Shown piece after piece: positions 41,196 to 52,025 of a stretch of DNA of 64,000 bases. The DNA is from Candidatus Latescibacterota bacterium (GTDB lineage Bacteria; Latescibacterota; UBA2968; UBA8231), in assembly GCA_965223905.1 (NCBI GenBank), contig CBDCXV010000009.1, positions 288,001-352,000 of the forward strand. The letters run 5' to 3'. The translations under genes and the position numbers were made by a program. The notes below the pieces were generated by a model that worked only from the letters and a program-made list of their open reading frames with translations, made no database searches and had not been told where the DNA came from. Position 1 is the stretch's first letter. Every line of letters begins with the position of its first letter.

Positions 41196-42474
41196 ACGAC
41201 AATTCCAGGGCGCTGTACGCACGCGCGACGAAGCTGATCCCGGGCGGCGTCAACAGCCCGGTGCGGGCTTTCAAGGCGGTCGGTGGGGACCCCCTCTTCA
41301 TCCGCGAGGCGGACGGCCCCTACGTCGTCGACGCCGACGGCAGGCGCTACATCGACTACGTCGGCTCCTGGGGGCCGATGATTCTCGGGCACCGCCCGCC
41401 GGCCGTCATCGAGGCGCTGGCAGGGGTGCTCGGGCGCGGCACCAGCTTCGGCGCCCCGACCGACATCGAGGTGGAGATGGCCGCCCTGATCGCCGAGGTG
41501 GTGCCGTCGGTGGAGAAGGTGCGCATGGTCAACTCCGGCACCGAGGCCTGCATGACCGCGGTCCGCCTTGCCCGGGGGTTCACCGGGCGCGACGTGGTGC
41601 TGAAGTTCAACGGCTGCTACCACGGCCACTCCGACAGCCTGCTGGTCGACGCCGGCAGCGGCGTCGCCACCTTCGGCATCGCCGGCAGCCCGGGAGTCCC
41701 GGCGGATATCGCCCGCCTCACCGCCAGCATCGAGTTCAACGACCTCGAACTTCTGAGGAAATCGATCGAAAACCTCGGGCCCGGCAACGTCGCCGCGGTG
41801 ATCCTCGAGCCGGTGCCGGGAAACATGGGACTGGTGCTTCCGCATCCCGGCTTCCTGCAGAGGGTGCGCGAGCTGTGCAGCGAGCACGAAATCCTGCTGA
41901 TCTTCGACGAGGTGATGACGGGGTTCCGCGTCGGACTGGGAGGGGCCCAGGAGCGCTTCGGCGTCATGCCCGACCTGTGCACTTTTCCAAGGTCATCGGG
42001 GGCGGACTGCCGGTCGGAGCCTTCGGGGGCAGGGCCGACATCATGGACGCGCTGGCACCGGCCGGTCCGGTGTACCAGGCCGGCACCCTGTCGGGGAATC
42101 CGCTCGCCATGACCGCGGGGCTGGCGACCTTGCGCTGCCTCCGCGACGAGGATCCCTACCCGGAGCTGGAGGAGCGCGGCGCGCAGTGGGTCGCCGGCAT
42201 GAGGGAAGCGGCCGCCGCGGCCGGCGTCGAGGCCGTGGTCGATCACTGCGGCTCGATGGTCGGCCTGTTCTTTTCCGCCGGCCCGGTCGCCAACTACGCC
42301 GACGTCCAGCGCGCCGACACCGGGCTGTTCCAGCGCTACTTCCGCGGCATGCTGGAGGAGGGGATCTACATCGCCCCCTCCGCCTTCGAGGTCGGGTTCA
42401 TTTCGACGACGCACTCCTCCGACCTGGTGGATGAAACCGTCGCCGCTGCCGGCCGCGTGCTGTCGAGGCTGTAG
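41192..42474 (+). CDS. hemL: Glutamate-1-semialdehyde 2,1-aminomutase (frameshift at ~41985, probably a homopolymer error)
   Basis: [32 protein letters not shown]; KVIGGGLP and [10 protein letters not shown] lie in the next frame after a T-run. Confidence 0.9.
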
Positions 42475-42656
42475 CCGGGATTCCTCCCGCGGCACGGGTG
42501 CCCCTTTAGTGCTTCGGAACATATCAACCGCTCGCCAGTCAAAGTCGGAATGGGTCAGCGCCGCGGCTTGTCCGTGAACAGGCTACAGGCGCGCGGAGAC
42601 CGTTGAGGAGTTTCCTGGTTCTACTCAGTGGAAGACTGCCACGGAAGGAAAAGTCG

Positions 42657-43121
42657 ATGGATCGTATTCAAAGAGGTCTTGCGGGGATTGCCGTCATCCT
42701 GGCGGCAGTTTTTTGCGGTTGTTCAGGTGACGCCGCCATCAATGCCGATGGAGACTCGGACAGCATCGCGGAAGGTGGAGGCGAACACGATCGCGATGGC
42801 GGGGAGAATGGAGGCGGGGAAGGGGAAGAGTCAGGGACGGAACTCGCCTTGAACGAGATCTACGACGAGGTCCGGAACGGTGTCCGACTGATTCTGGCCT
42901 ACGACGCGGAAACCAATTCCTTCAACGGCACGGTGGACAACACCACCGACAGGACCTTGAAACGAGTCCGGGTTGAAGTTCACCTGTCGAACGGAAAGGA
43001 GCTCGGCCCGACAACTCCTGCTGATCTCGCCCCCGGAGAGAAACGAGACATCGAACTGGTGGCGACAGGCCGGGACTTCGATGGGTGGACGGCCCACCCC
43101 GACGTCGGAGGCGAAACATGA
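42657..43121 (+). CDS. Putative lipoprotein with Ig-like C-terminal domain
   Basis: Hydrophobic N-terminus ending FCGC; acidic linker; GTVDNTT...VEVHL. Confidence 0.6.
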   Translation: MDRIQRGLAGIAVILAAVFCGCSGDAAINADGDSDSIAEGGGEHDRDGGENGGGEGEESGTELALNEIYDEVRNGVRLILAYDAETNSFNGTVDNTTDRTLKRVRVEVHLSNGKELGPTTPADLAPGEKRDIELVATGRDFDGWTAHPDVGGET

Positions 43122-43425
43122 TCGCGAGAAGGCACCCGGAAGCTGACGAGATCTTGGAGCAGTTCCTTCCCGGTCTCTTCCCGGCAGCGGATGGGATTCG
43201 TCGGCGTCAGGGCGGCATAAAGTCCTGTCCGTGCCGGGGGCGACGCGACCTGCGATTTGCCTGACTTGCGCCGCGGCAATACGTTTACAGACAGCTTTCA
43301 AGCTCACCTACCCAATCCTTCCGCGATTTCCAGCGTCACCTCTCGGCTCCAATTCGACCTGTTTTGGTGGTATCTCCCGAGGTCACGTCGCCGTTTATCC
43401 CGGGTCCACCGAAACAGGAGTCATC

Positions 43426-44670
43426 ATGCCTCATCAGTTCGAAGAGCTCTCACTGAGCACACCCCTTCTCCGCGCCTTGACGGAGGAGGGGTATGAACAA
43501 CCCACCCTCGTTCAGCGCGCGGCCATACCGGAAGTGCTGGACGGCAACGACGTTCTCGCCGCTGCCCAGACCGGCACCGGAAAAACCGCCGCCTTTACGC
43601 TGCCCATGCTCCAGCTGCTGCAGGCGCAGAAGAACGGCAACAGGCCGATCCGCGGCCTGATCCTGACGCCGACGCGGGAGCTGGCCCTTCAGGTTGCCGA
43701 GAGTCTGAGCAACTACGGCCGTCACCTGCCGCTGCGCGCAACGGTCCTGCTCGGCGGCGTCTCCGCGGGACCGCAGATCGCCGCCCTGCGCAAGAGACCG
43801 GACATCCTCGTCGCAACGCCGGGGCGGCTGCTCGATTTGTACCGGCAGCGCGAGGTCAAACTCGATGGCGTGGAAATTCTCGTCCTCGACGAGGCGGACC
43901 GCATGCTCGACATGGGTTTTTCCCCCGACGTCCGCCGCATCGTCTCGGCGACACCGCGAACGCGCCAGACGTTGCTTTTTTCGGCGACCCTGTCCGCGGA
44001 CATCGCCGAGCTCTCCCGCGACTTGCTGCGCGATCCGTCCCGCATCGAAGTCACCCCGGCCGCTTCGGTTCCGGAGCAGATCGATCAGAAGGTTTTCTTC
44101 GTCGCGCAGGAGCATAAACGCAACCTGCTGACGGCGGTTCTCAAGGACGAGAAGACAAAACGGGCCCTGGTTTTTACACGCACGAAACACCGCGCCAACC
44201 GCCTGACCAGACAGCTGCGCAACGGGGGCATCGAAGTCGAGGTCATGCACTCGAACAAGGGACAAGGCGCCCGGCAGGCGGCGCTCAAGGCGTTCGATCT
44301 CGGCCGGGTCAAGGTCCTGGTCGCAACCGACATCGCCGCTCGCGGGATCGACGTTGACGCCATTTCGCACGTGATCAACTACGAGATGCCCATCGACCCC
44401 GAAAGTTATGTGCACCGCATCGGCCGCACGGCTCGCGCCGGGTGTATCGGGATGGCGATGTCGTTCTGCAACGCCGAAGAGGTCGGCCTGATCAAGGGTA
44501 TCGAACGGCTTACCCGCTCCCGGCTGGTCGCGGAAAAGGACCACCCCTTTCACTCTGCCTCGATAGCTGCACTGCGGTCTGGTCAGGCGCCTGAACCGGC
44601 ACGCACCGAACGGCCCGAACCGCGCCGGCAATTCGGGCGCAGCACCAGAAAAGCAACCCGCCGCCGCTAG
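43426..44670 (+). CDS. DEAD-box RNA helicase (RhlE-like)
   Basis: AQTGTGKT, PTRELA, DEAD, SAT, ARGID, HRIGRTAR. Confidence 0.95.
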   Translation: MPHQFEELSLSTPLLRALTEEGYEQPTLVQRAAIPEVLDGNDVLAAAQTGTGKTAAFTLPMLQLLQAQKNGNRPIRGLILTPTRELALQVAESLSNYGRHLPLRATVLLGGVSAGPQIAALRKRPDILVATPGRLLDLYRQREVKLDGVEILVLDEADRMLDMGFSPDVRRIVSATPRTRQTLLFSATLSADIAELSRDLLRDPSRIEVTPAASVPEQIDQKVFFVAQEHKRNLLTAVLKDEKTKRALVFTRTKHRANRLTRQLRNGGIEVEVMHSNKGQGARQAALKAFDLGRVKVLVATDIAARGIDVDAISHVINYEMPIDPESYVHRIGRTARAGCIGMAMSFCNAEEVGLIKGIERLTRSRLVAEKDHPFHSASIAALRSGQAPEPARTERPEPRRQFGRSTRKATRRR

Positions 44671-44817
44671 GCGGTCCCCGGATGAACGGATGATGCACCG
44701 TTCCCACCTGCGCTGCATTTGACCGAACCGCTCCATGGGTTCCCTGCCGGTTGCACACGCGGCAGGTGTCTTCTTCTTCTCAATACTTAAACACTTAGTT
44801 AGGAAAGGACTGACTCG

Positions 44818-45387
44818 ATGAAGAAATCCGCACCTGCACTGCTCGCTGCCCTCGCCGCCACCGCTTTTTCGGTATCCGCCGAGGAGGGTGGCGAGATGCC
44901 AGCCGAAGGGGAAGGCTCCATGCATCCCCCGCCCTACGTCGGCTCGCCGGATTTCGAGCGGCTGAAAGCGATAGCCGGCAGCTGGGTGGTGACCGAGGGC
45001 ATGCCGAAGGGCGAAGGAGCCGAAGGCAAGGAGGGGATGATGGCCGCGGCCGAGTACCGCGTCGCCGCCAACGGCAGCGTCGTCGTCGAGCGCAACTTCC
45101 CGGACACGCCGAAGGAGATGATCTCCGTGTACCACGACCGCGGGGGCAAGCTGTCGATGACCCATTACTGCGCTATGGGCAACCAGCCGCAGATGAGCCT
45201 TGCCAGCTCCGAAGACGGGGTGCTGACCTTCGAGCTGGTTAAGGGCTCCCTAGAATCGGAAGAAATGCCGCACATGAACTCGGTGTCGATTGCCTTCGAC
45301 GGGGGGGACGAGATGTCCCAGGCCTGGTCGATGTTCGATGGAAGCGGGCAGATGACGCACACCATGACCTTCCGCCGTGCCCAGTAG
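44818..45387 (+). CDS. Secreted hypothetical protein
   Basis: Signal peptide; MTHYCAMGNQP motif. Confidence 0.7.
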   Translation: MKKSAPALLAALAATAFSVSAEEGGEMPAEGEGSMHPPPYVGSPDFERLKAIAGSWVVTEGMPKGEGAEGKEGMMAAAEYRVAANGSVVVERNFPDTPKEMISVYHDRGGKLSMTHYCAMGNQPQMSLASSEDGVLTFELVKGSLESEEMPHMNSVSIAFDGGDEMSQAWSMFDGSGQMTHTMTFRRAQ

Positions 45388-45506
45388 TTCGGTATAGGCA
45401 TCCCGCCGCGGGCATGTGAGCGGAGGCATGACACGGCGTTTGTATTCCGCGGCGTAGATGGTACCTTTGCCGCCCATGATGTAGTTCTGTCTCGTTCCCC
45501 CGTACC

Positions 45507-46250
45507 ATGAACATTCCAGAGCCGCTGACTCATGTCCAGAAGGCCGCCGAAGCCCTGAATGCAGGGAACTTCGGGGATGCCGTCGAACATGCCACGCAGG
45601 CATTGGCGTCAGATCCGACCGACGTGGTTGTCCGGCGTATCCTCGGCTCCGCCTACGTGTTCAGCGCCGCCAGATATACCGACCCACAGCAGCAGAGGAA
45701 ATACATCGGGGTTGGGCTGAAGGAATTGGAAAAGGCCCTGACCGTTGCTCCCGGAAATCCCCAAACCCTGACGTCGCTGGCTTTCTGTCTGTCTTTTATC
45801 GGCGAGCGCGAGCAGGCAATCGGCTATTTCAAGGAGGTCATCCAGTCCACTCCACCCCGTCCGCAACCCTACGAAGGCATCGTGTCGCTGCTCATCGACC
45901 TGGAACGCATCGATGATGCGCAACCCTACGTAGCCGCCTACTTCGAGTGCTTCCGCCGGCCGCTGCCCGTTGCCGTCACCAGCTTCAAGTGCGGCGATCA
46001 CGCTTTCGAGAGCGGGGGAATTTCCCTCGAACTCGGGGTGGAGCCGGAGGAGGGCCTCTACTCGTGTGACGCCGATGACATCCGCGTGTTCGGATTAGGC
46101 AAGACGCTGCAAGAGGCCATGGATGAGTGGCGCAAGGTCTTCAAGTTGACCTACGACGATTTTGTCGAGGGTGACGACCCGTTGTCGGAATCGGGCCGGC
46201 GGTACGCCGAGCAGTTGCGCTCGGCCGTGAAGGTCTCGACCGAATCCTGA
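45507..46250 (+). CDS. TPR-repeat protein with C-terminal HicB-like domain
   Basis: TPR-like helices over the first ~145 aa; VFGLGKTLQEAMDEW resembles the HicB G.T.EEA motif. Confidence 0.55.
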   Translation: MNIPEPLTHVQKAAEALNAGNFGDAVEHATQALASDPTDVVVRRILGSAYVFSAARYTDPQQQRKYIGVGLKELEKALTVAPGNPQTLTSLAFCLSFIGEREQAIGYFKEVIQSTPPRPQPYEGIVSLLIDLERIDDAQPYVAAYFECFRRPLPVAVTSFKCGDHAFESGGISLELGVEPEEGLYSCDADDIRVFGLGKTLQEAMDEWRKVFKLTYDDFVEGDDPLSESGRRYAEQLRSAVKVSTES

Positions 46251-46251
46251 C

Positions 46252-46542
46252 ATGCCGCCCCCGGTGTCCGTGCGCAAGGCCGTTCGATGCCTGCAGCGCA
46301 AGGGATTTCGGATCGACAACCGGGACCACCGCCGGTACGTGCACTATGACTCCGAGGGAAAGAAGACAGGGGCTTACGTTTACTTCTCACATGGGGGAAC
46401 GGCATCCGGAGAGGTGGGCCCAAGTCTTCTCCAGCGGATGAAGCGGGAACTTCAGCTGGGTACGATCCAAGAGGTTCGGGCTTTGCTGACATGCACCATG
46501 GAGGAGGAGTTCCTGCACCGCCGCATCCCTTTCAGATCTTGA
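46252..46542 (+). CDS. HicA-like small basic toxin
   Basis: LQRKGF...DHRRY...SHG...GPSLLQRMKREL pattern. Confidence 0.6.
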   Translation: MPPPVSVRKAVRCLQRKGFRIDNRDHRRYVHYDSEGKKTGAYVYFSHGGTASGEVGPSLLQRMKRELQLGTIQEVRALLTCTMEEEFLHRRIPFRS

Positions 46543-46592
46543 AACGAAAATTACCGTGAGACAGCTTCGAATCGTTGCGGGTGTTTCCTGTC

Positions 46593-48035
46593 ATGCCTGA
46601 GCGTCCGAACATCGTCCTGATCACGACCGATCAGCAGCGCGGAGACTGCGTCAGCCGCGACCCGCAGGCGCCGGCCCCGCTGCAGACGCCGAACCTCGAC
46701 TGGCTGGGGCGCTCGGGGGCGCACTTCCTGCACGCCTACGCCGAATGCCCGAGCTGCATCCCGGCGCGGCGCTCGCTGATGTCGGGGATGGCGCCGGCCG
46801 CCAACGGCATGGTCGGCTTCGAGGTCGCCGAGTGGAACCCGCCGCACACGCTGGCGGGGGAGCTGTCGAAAGGCGGCTACCAGACCGAGATGATCGGCAA
46901 GGCCCACCTCTTCCCGCTGCGCCGCCGCTTCGGCTTCGACCGCGTGCAGCTCGCCGACGCCACCAGGGGTCCGGAGAACGACTACGTCGACTGGCTGCGC
47001 GAGCGCCACGGACGCTTCGAGGTCGATCCCGGCATGGGGCACGGCGTCTCCTCCAACGGCTGGGTCGGGCGGCCCCACCACCTGCCCGAGGAGCAGATGC
47101 ACACCTTCTGGGTCATCGACCGCGCCATGGAGTTCCTGAAGAAGCGGGACCCGTCGGCGCCGTTCTTCCTCAACCTTTCCTTCATCGATCCGCATCCGCC
47201 GCTGACGCCGCCGGCGTTCTATTACCACCGCTACATCGAGCGGGAGATCCCGGCGCCGGTTGTCGGGGACTGGGCTCCGCAGCTCGACGGGCCGCAGACC
47301 GGGCTCGACCCGAACGCCTGGGAGATCTGCCTCGACGAGCAGCAGATGCGCTGTTCGCGCGCCGCCTACTACGGCATGGTCAACTTCATCGACGACCAGA
47401 TCGGGCGCCTCATCCAGTTCACCTCGGGCCTCGACGACTGCCTCGTCGTCTTCACCTCCGACCACGGCGAGATGCTTGGTGACCACAACCTCTTCCGCAA
47501 GACCTGGCCTTACGAGGCCTCGGCGCGGGTGCCGTTCATCGTGCGGGCCCCTGCCGCCTGGCAGCTGTCCGGCGGGATCGTCAGCTCATCCCCGGTCGGA
47601 CTCCAGGACGTCATGCCGACCCTGCTCGACGCAGCGGGAGTGCAGATTCCCGGCAACTGCACCGGCCGCAGCCTGCTGCCGGTGATCCGGGGGGAGGAGA
47701 CCTCGGTGCGCGAGGTCCTCCACGGGGAGCACGCCGGCTGCTACGACTACGGCCACGGCAACCATTTCCTCACCGACGGGGGCCACAAGTACGTCTGGTA
47801 CTCGCAGAGCGGCCGCGAGCAGCTCTTCGATCTCGACGCCGACCCGCAGGAGGAGCGGGACCTGGCGCTGTTGGCAGACGGCGAGGGCCGGCTCGCCCCC
47901 TGGCGCGAGCGGCTCGTCGAGGTGCTGCGGGATCGGCCGGAGGGGTTCGTCGAGGGCGGGCGCCTGGTTGCCGGGCGGCCGCACCGGAACCTGATTCCGG
48001 GGTACGACCCGGGCGAGACGTACGATTTCCTGTGA
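46593..48035 (+). CDS. Sulfatase (Cys-type formylglycine)
   Basis: PNIVLITTDQQR, CIPAR, GKAH, SDHGE. Confidence 0.92.
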   Translation: MPERPNIVLITTDQQRGDCVSRDPQAPAPLQTPNLDWLGRSGAHFLHAYAECPSCIPARRSLMSGMAPAANGMVGFEVAEWNPPHTLAGELSKGGYQTEMIGKAHLFPLRRRFGFDRVQLADATRGPENDYVDWLRERHGRFEVDPGMGHGVSSNGWVGRPHHLPEEQMHTFWVIDRAMEFLKKRDPSAPFFLNLSFIDPHPPLTPPAFYYHRYIEREIPAPVVGDWAPQLDGPQTGLDPNAWEICLDEQQMRCSRAAYYGMVNFIDDQIGRLIQFTSGLDDCLVVFTSDHGEMLGDHNLFRKTWPYEASARVPFIVRAPAAWQLSGGIVSSSPVGLQDVMPTLLDAAGVQIPGNCTGRSLLPVIRGEETSVREVLHGEHAGCYDYGHGNHFLTDGGHKYVWYSQSGREQLFDLDADPQEERDLALLADGEGRLAPWRERLVEVLRDRPEGFVEGGRLVAGRPHRNLIPGYDPGETYDFL

Positions 48036-48115
48036 GCCGGCCGCGGGGCGATCGAAGCAAAACGGATTGCGAGCTGGTTGAAGCCGAACCGGCCACCTGA
48101 CAGGATGGAGATCGT

Positions 48116-49591
48116 ATGAGAGCGGTAATGGTGATGTTCGACTCGCTGAACCGGCACATGCTGCCGCCCTACGGCTGCGACTGGACGCACGCGCCGAACT
48201 TCCGGCGGCTCGCGGAGCGCACCGTCACCTTCGACAACAGCTACATCTGCTCGATGCCCTGCATGCCGGCGCGCCGCGACCTGCATACCGGGCGGCCCAA
48301 TTTCCTGCACCGGGCCTGGGGGCCGCTGGAGCCGTTCGACGACTCGGTCCCGCGCCTGCTGCGCGACAGCGGAATCTCCTCGCACCTGGTCAGCGACCAC
48401 TACCACTACTGGGAAACCGGCGGCGCCACCTACCACACCCAGTACTCGACCTGGCAGTTCTTCCGCGGCCAGGAGGGCGACCCGTGGATGGGCCAGGCGG
48501 CCCCGGCTCCTTCCGGCCCGGCCGCGGGCCAGAACGCCTCGGAGAGCGGCTGGCACCGCCAGGACCGGGTCAACCGCGGCTTCATGCGCCGCGAGCAGGA
48601 CCAGCCGCAGCCGCAGACCTTCGCCGCCGGCATCGACTTCATGCGCCGCAACCGCGGCGAGGACGACTGGTTTCTGCAGATCGAGACCTTCGACCCGCAC
48701 GAGCCCTTCTTCACGCAGCGGCACTACCAGGACCTCTACCCCGACCTGATCCGGGACCGCGCGGCGCCGCTGTTCGACTGGCCGAAGTACGGCCCGGTGA
48801 CCGAGCCGCGGGAGCTGGCCGACCAGTGCCGGGGGCGCTACGCGGCGCTGCTGAGCATGTGCGACGCCCGCCTCGGGGACGTGCTCGACGAGATGGACCG
48901 CCTCGAGATGTGGGAGGACACCATGCTCGTCGTCTGGACCGACCACGGGTTCCTGCTGGGGGAGCGGGACCTCTGGGCCAAGGGGCAGATGCCGTGGTAC
49001 CGCGAGCACGCCAACACGCCGTTCTTCGTCTGGGACCCCCGTTGCCGAAAGAGCGGCGAGCGCCGCTCATCGCTGGTGCAGCCGTCCATCGACCTGGGGC
49101 CGACGCTGCTCGACCTGTTCGGCCTCGAACCCACCTCCGACATGCTCGGGCAGCCGCTGGCCGGCGTCGTCGACGGCGACCGACCGGTGCGGGAAGCCGC
49201 CCTCTTCGGGGTTCACGGCGGGCACGTCAACGTCACCGACGGCCGCTTCGTGTACATGCGCGCGTCCGCCACCGATGACAACAGCCCGCTCTTCAACTAC
49301 ACCCTGATGCCCGCCCACATGCGCGACATGTTCCCGGTGCAGGAGCTGGCCGCCGCGGAGCTGACGCCCCCCTTCTCCTTCACCAAGGGATGCCGGCCGA
49401 TGCGCACCGCATGCCTGAAGCCGCCCCCGTCGATCAGCTTCGAGACGCTGCTGTTCGACCTCGAAAGCGACGAGTGGCAGCGGCGGCCACTCTCCGATGC
49501 CGGGGTGGAGGATCGCATGTCCGGCCTGATGCGGGGGTTGATGCGGGACTGCGACGCGCCGGGCGAGCAGTACGAACGCCTCGGACTGTAA
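48116..49591 (+). CDS. Sulfatase
   Basis: FDSL, CMPAR, DPHEP, TDHG. Confidence 0.9.
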   Translation: MRAVMVMFDSLNRHMLPPYGCDWTHAPNFRRLAERTVTFDNSYICSMPCMPARRDLHTGRPNFLHRAWGPLEPFDDSVPRLLRDSGISSHLVSDHYHYWETGGATYHTQYSTWQFFRGQEGDPWMGQAAPAPSGPAAGQNASESGWHRQDRVNRGFMRREQDQPQPQTFAAGIDFMRRNRGEDDWFLQIETFDPHEPFFTQRHYQDLYPDLIRDRAAPLFDWPKYGPVTEPRELADQCRGRYAALLSMCDARLGDVLDEMDRLEMWEDTMLVVWTDHGFLLGERDLWAKGQMPWYREHANTPFFVWDPRCRKSGERRSSLVQPSIDLGPTLLDLFGLEPTSDMLGQPLAGVVDGDRPVREAALFGVHGGHVNVTDGRFVYMRASATDDNSPLFNYTLMPAHMRDMFPVQELAAAELTPPFSFTKGCRPMRTACLKPPPSISFETLLFDLESDEWQRRPLSDAGVEDRMSGLMRGLMRDCDAPGEQYERLGL

Positions 49592-49606
49592 GGACCCCCT
49601 TTTTCC

Positions 49607-49798
49607 GTGATCGACACTCTCGTCAGCTACATCGAGCGCCTGACGCGCAGCGACGCCTTCGAGATCGCCGCCGCCGTCGCCGTCCTCCTCGCCTGGTGGT
49701 TCGCCAGCAGGGTGCGGCGCGCGCTGCGCCTGCTCAACGGCGAGGACCCTTCCGGCCCGACGGAACCGCGGCCGCGCCGGCGCCTGCCCCTTTCCTGA
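49607..49798 (+). CDS. Small membrane hypothetical protein
   Basis: Single TM helix; operonic position. Confidence 0.45.
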   Translation: MIDTLVSYIERLTRSDAFEIAAAVAVLLAWWFASRVRRALRLLNGEDPSGPTEPRPRRRLPLS

Positions 49799-49816
49799 CT
49801 GCCGCGGGTTCCCCGA

Positions 49817-51022
49817 ATGGAACAGGACCGGATTCGCGAGCGCTGCGAGGCGATGTCGGACCGCGAACTGCTCCTCGCCGCGACCCTGCGCCGCGGCGAG
49901 AACAGTCCCCGCTTTCGCGATGAGGCCCTGCGCCACCTCGAGCGCCGCGGCATCGACCTCGACGAGCTCACCGGCCGCGCCCGCGTGCGCGTCGACGACG
50001 GCGAGGCGCAGACGCTGCCGGCCGCCAGGGCGGTCGAGCTCCTCGGCCACGCCGAACCCTGGCAGACCCTTTCGTTCGTCAGCTGCGTCGGCAACAGCCT
50101 GCTGGTGCAGCGCGAGCCGCGGCAGTGGTGGTCCCATTTCTACGACGGGGACACCTATCGCGGCTCCTTCCGCTGCGAAAGCGGCGAGGAGGTCGCCGGG
50201 GTCCTGCGCCCGTTCCTGAACCTCGAACCCTGGGACGGCGGGGCCGGCGAGCTGCAACGGCTCGACGACTGGTCCCTCCTCATCGATTCCGACGCCGTCG
50301 ATTTCATCGAGTCGATCGCCCTCGACCTCGACGACGCCGGCATCCCGTACACGGTGAGGACGCCGCTGTTCGCCGGTGGGGCCGGCGAGGAGGAGGGGGA
50401 GGTGTACGCCGTCCTGGTGCCGCGGCAGCATTTCGGCGAGGCCTTCGACGCCATCGATGAGGTGGAGGAGACCGTCGTCGACCTCTACGAGGAAGCGGAG
50501 GAGCTGGCGGCCCGGGGTAACCTCTCCGCCGAGCTCGAGGTGTACGACCAGCTCGTCGGGACCGACCCGGAGAACCATGCCGTGTTCTACAACCGAGGGC
50601 ACATCCTCCTCGAGCTCGGGCGCTGGGAAGAGGCGGCCGCGGTCCTGATCGAGGCGGTCTCCCTCGGCATGCAGCGGGTCGACAAGTCGCTGCAGCCGGA
50701 AGAGAGGGGAGCCGCCGGGATCGGCGGCCTGGCCGGGCTGCTGGCGTTCCTGCTGCGGCGCGAGGTCGCCGTCCCGTCGGGTCCGGGCTATCCCGATTTC
50801 ATCGACGACAGCGAGATGCTGCTGGAGCGGCTGCTGCAGAGGCTGCCCGAAAGCGTCGAGATACTGCATTGCCTCGCCTCCATCGCCCGCCTCAAGAACC
50901 GGCGGGAAGCGGCGGAAGCCCACTACCGGCGGGTGCTGGAGATAGATCCTGAGGACAAGGTCGCCTGGTTCAACCTCGGCTACATGCACTCCGAAAAGGG
51001 GGGCGACGCGACCTCGGGCTGA
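49817..51022 (+). CDS. TPR-repeat protein
   Basis: FYNRGHILLELGRWEEA; YRRVLEIDPEDKVAWFNLG. Confidence 0.75.
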   Translation: MEQDRIRERCEAMSDRELLLAATLRRGENSPRFRDEALRHLERRGIDLDELTGRARVRVDDGEAQTLPAARAVELLGHAEPWQTLSFVSCVGNSLLVQREPRQWWSHFYDGDTYRGSFRCESGEEVAGVLRPFLNLEPWDGGAGELQRLDDWSLLIDSDAVDFIESIALDLDDAGIPYTVRTPLFAGGAGEEEGEVYAVLVPRQHFGEAFDAIDEVEETVVDLYEEAEELAARGNLSAELEVYDQLVGTDPENHAVFYNRGHILLELGRWEEAAAVLIEAVSLGMQRVDKSLQPEERGAAGIGGLAGLLAFLLRREVAVPSGPGYPDFIDDSEMLLERLLQRLPESVEILHCLASIARLKNRREAAEAHYRRVLEIDPEDKVAWFNLGYMHSEKGGDATSG

Positions 51023-51074
51023 AGTTGCCGCACGCGGCAGCGGGCCGTACCGTTAGCGCCACGGAGGGACCTGA

Positions 51075-51836
51075 ATGGCGGATATCGCACAATCGATCTG
51101 TTTCGGCTGCTTTGCCGGCGGCGAACTGTCGGGCGAGGAGGTTATCGCCGAGGCCGCCCGCATCGGCTATCGCTCCGTCGAGATGCTGCCCGAGGAGCTG
51201 TGGCCGCTGGTGCGCCGGCACGGCATGGAGATCGCCTCGGTGAGTGGCCACGCATCCCTGCCGGACGGGCTCAACAAGCGCGAGAACCACGACCGCATCG
51301 AGGCCGAGTTGCTTGCCAACATCGACACCGCCGCGGATAACGGGATCGCCGCCCTGATCTGCTTCTCCGGGAACCGCGAAGGAAAGTCGGAGGAGGAAGG
51401 TCTCGCCAACACCGTCGCCGGCCTGAAACGGGTCGCCGCCGCGGCCGAGAGGAAGGGGATCTCCCTGGTTCTCGAGCTGCTCAACAGCAAGGTCAACCAC
51501 CCCGACTACCAGTGCGACAGCACCTCCTGGGGCGTCGAGGTCTGCCGGCGCGTCGGCTCCGACAGGGTCAGGCTGCTCTACGACATCTACCACATGCAGA
51601 TCATGGAGGGGGACCTGATCCGGACGATTGCCGACAACATCGGCTTCATCGCCCACTTTCACACCGCCGGCAACCCGGGCCGCAACGACCTCGACGAAGA
51701 GCAGGAGATCTTCTATCCGCCGATCATGCAGGCCATCGCCGCCACCGGGTACGGGGGCTTCGTCGGCCACGAGTTCGTCCCGAAGGGGGCGGTCGCCGCG
51801 GCCATGCGCGCCGCCTTCGAGACCTGCAACGTATAG
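51075..51836 (+). CDS. Hydroxypyruvate isomerase / xylose-isomerase-like TIM barrel
   Basis: LELLN, YDIYHMQ, HFHTAGNPGR, GHEF. Confidence 0.88.
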   Translation: MADIAQSICFGCFAGGELSGEEVIAEAARIGYRSVEMLPEELWPLVRRHGMEIASVSGHASLPDGLNKRENHDRIEAELLANIDTAADNGIAALICFSGNREGKSEEEGLANTVAGLKRVAAAAERKGISLVLELLNSKVNHPDYQCDSTSWGVEVCRRVGSDRVRLLYDIYHMQIMEGDLIRTIADNIGFIAHFHTAGNPGRNDLDEEQEIFYPPIMQAIAATGYGGFVGHEFVPKGAVAAAMRAAFETCNV

Positions 51837-52025
51837 TGGGTCCCGGGTACCCTCTTCGATTGCAGGAGCCGGCCGCAGACCAGATGCAGTTTTTCGACAG
51901 GCAGCCGACCAAGTCCCGTCCGAGCCCGGTGCCGCCTCCTGCGAAGCGGGCGCCTCGACACTCCGAATCCAGCCAGTAACGTGCGGAGAGGACGGATTCC
52001 GCATTTCATCCCAGGAAAAACCGAG

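Noticed and set aside
41980-41995. hemL as a pseudogene or programmed frameshift
   Set aside because: A single missing base in a T-run with both halves otherwise intact; most simply a homopolymer sequencing error, to be checked in reads
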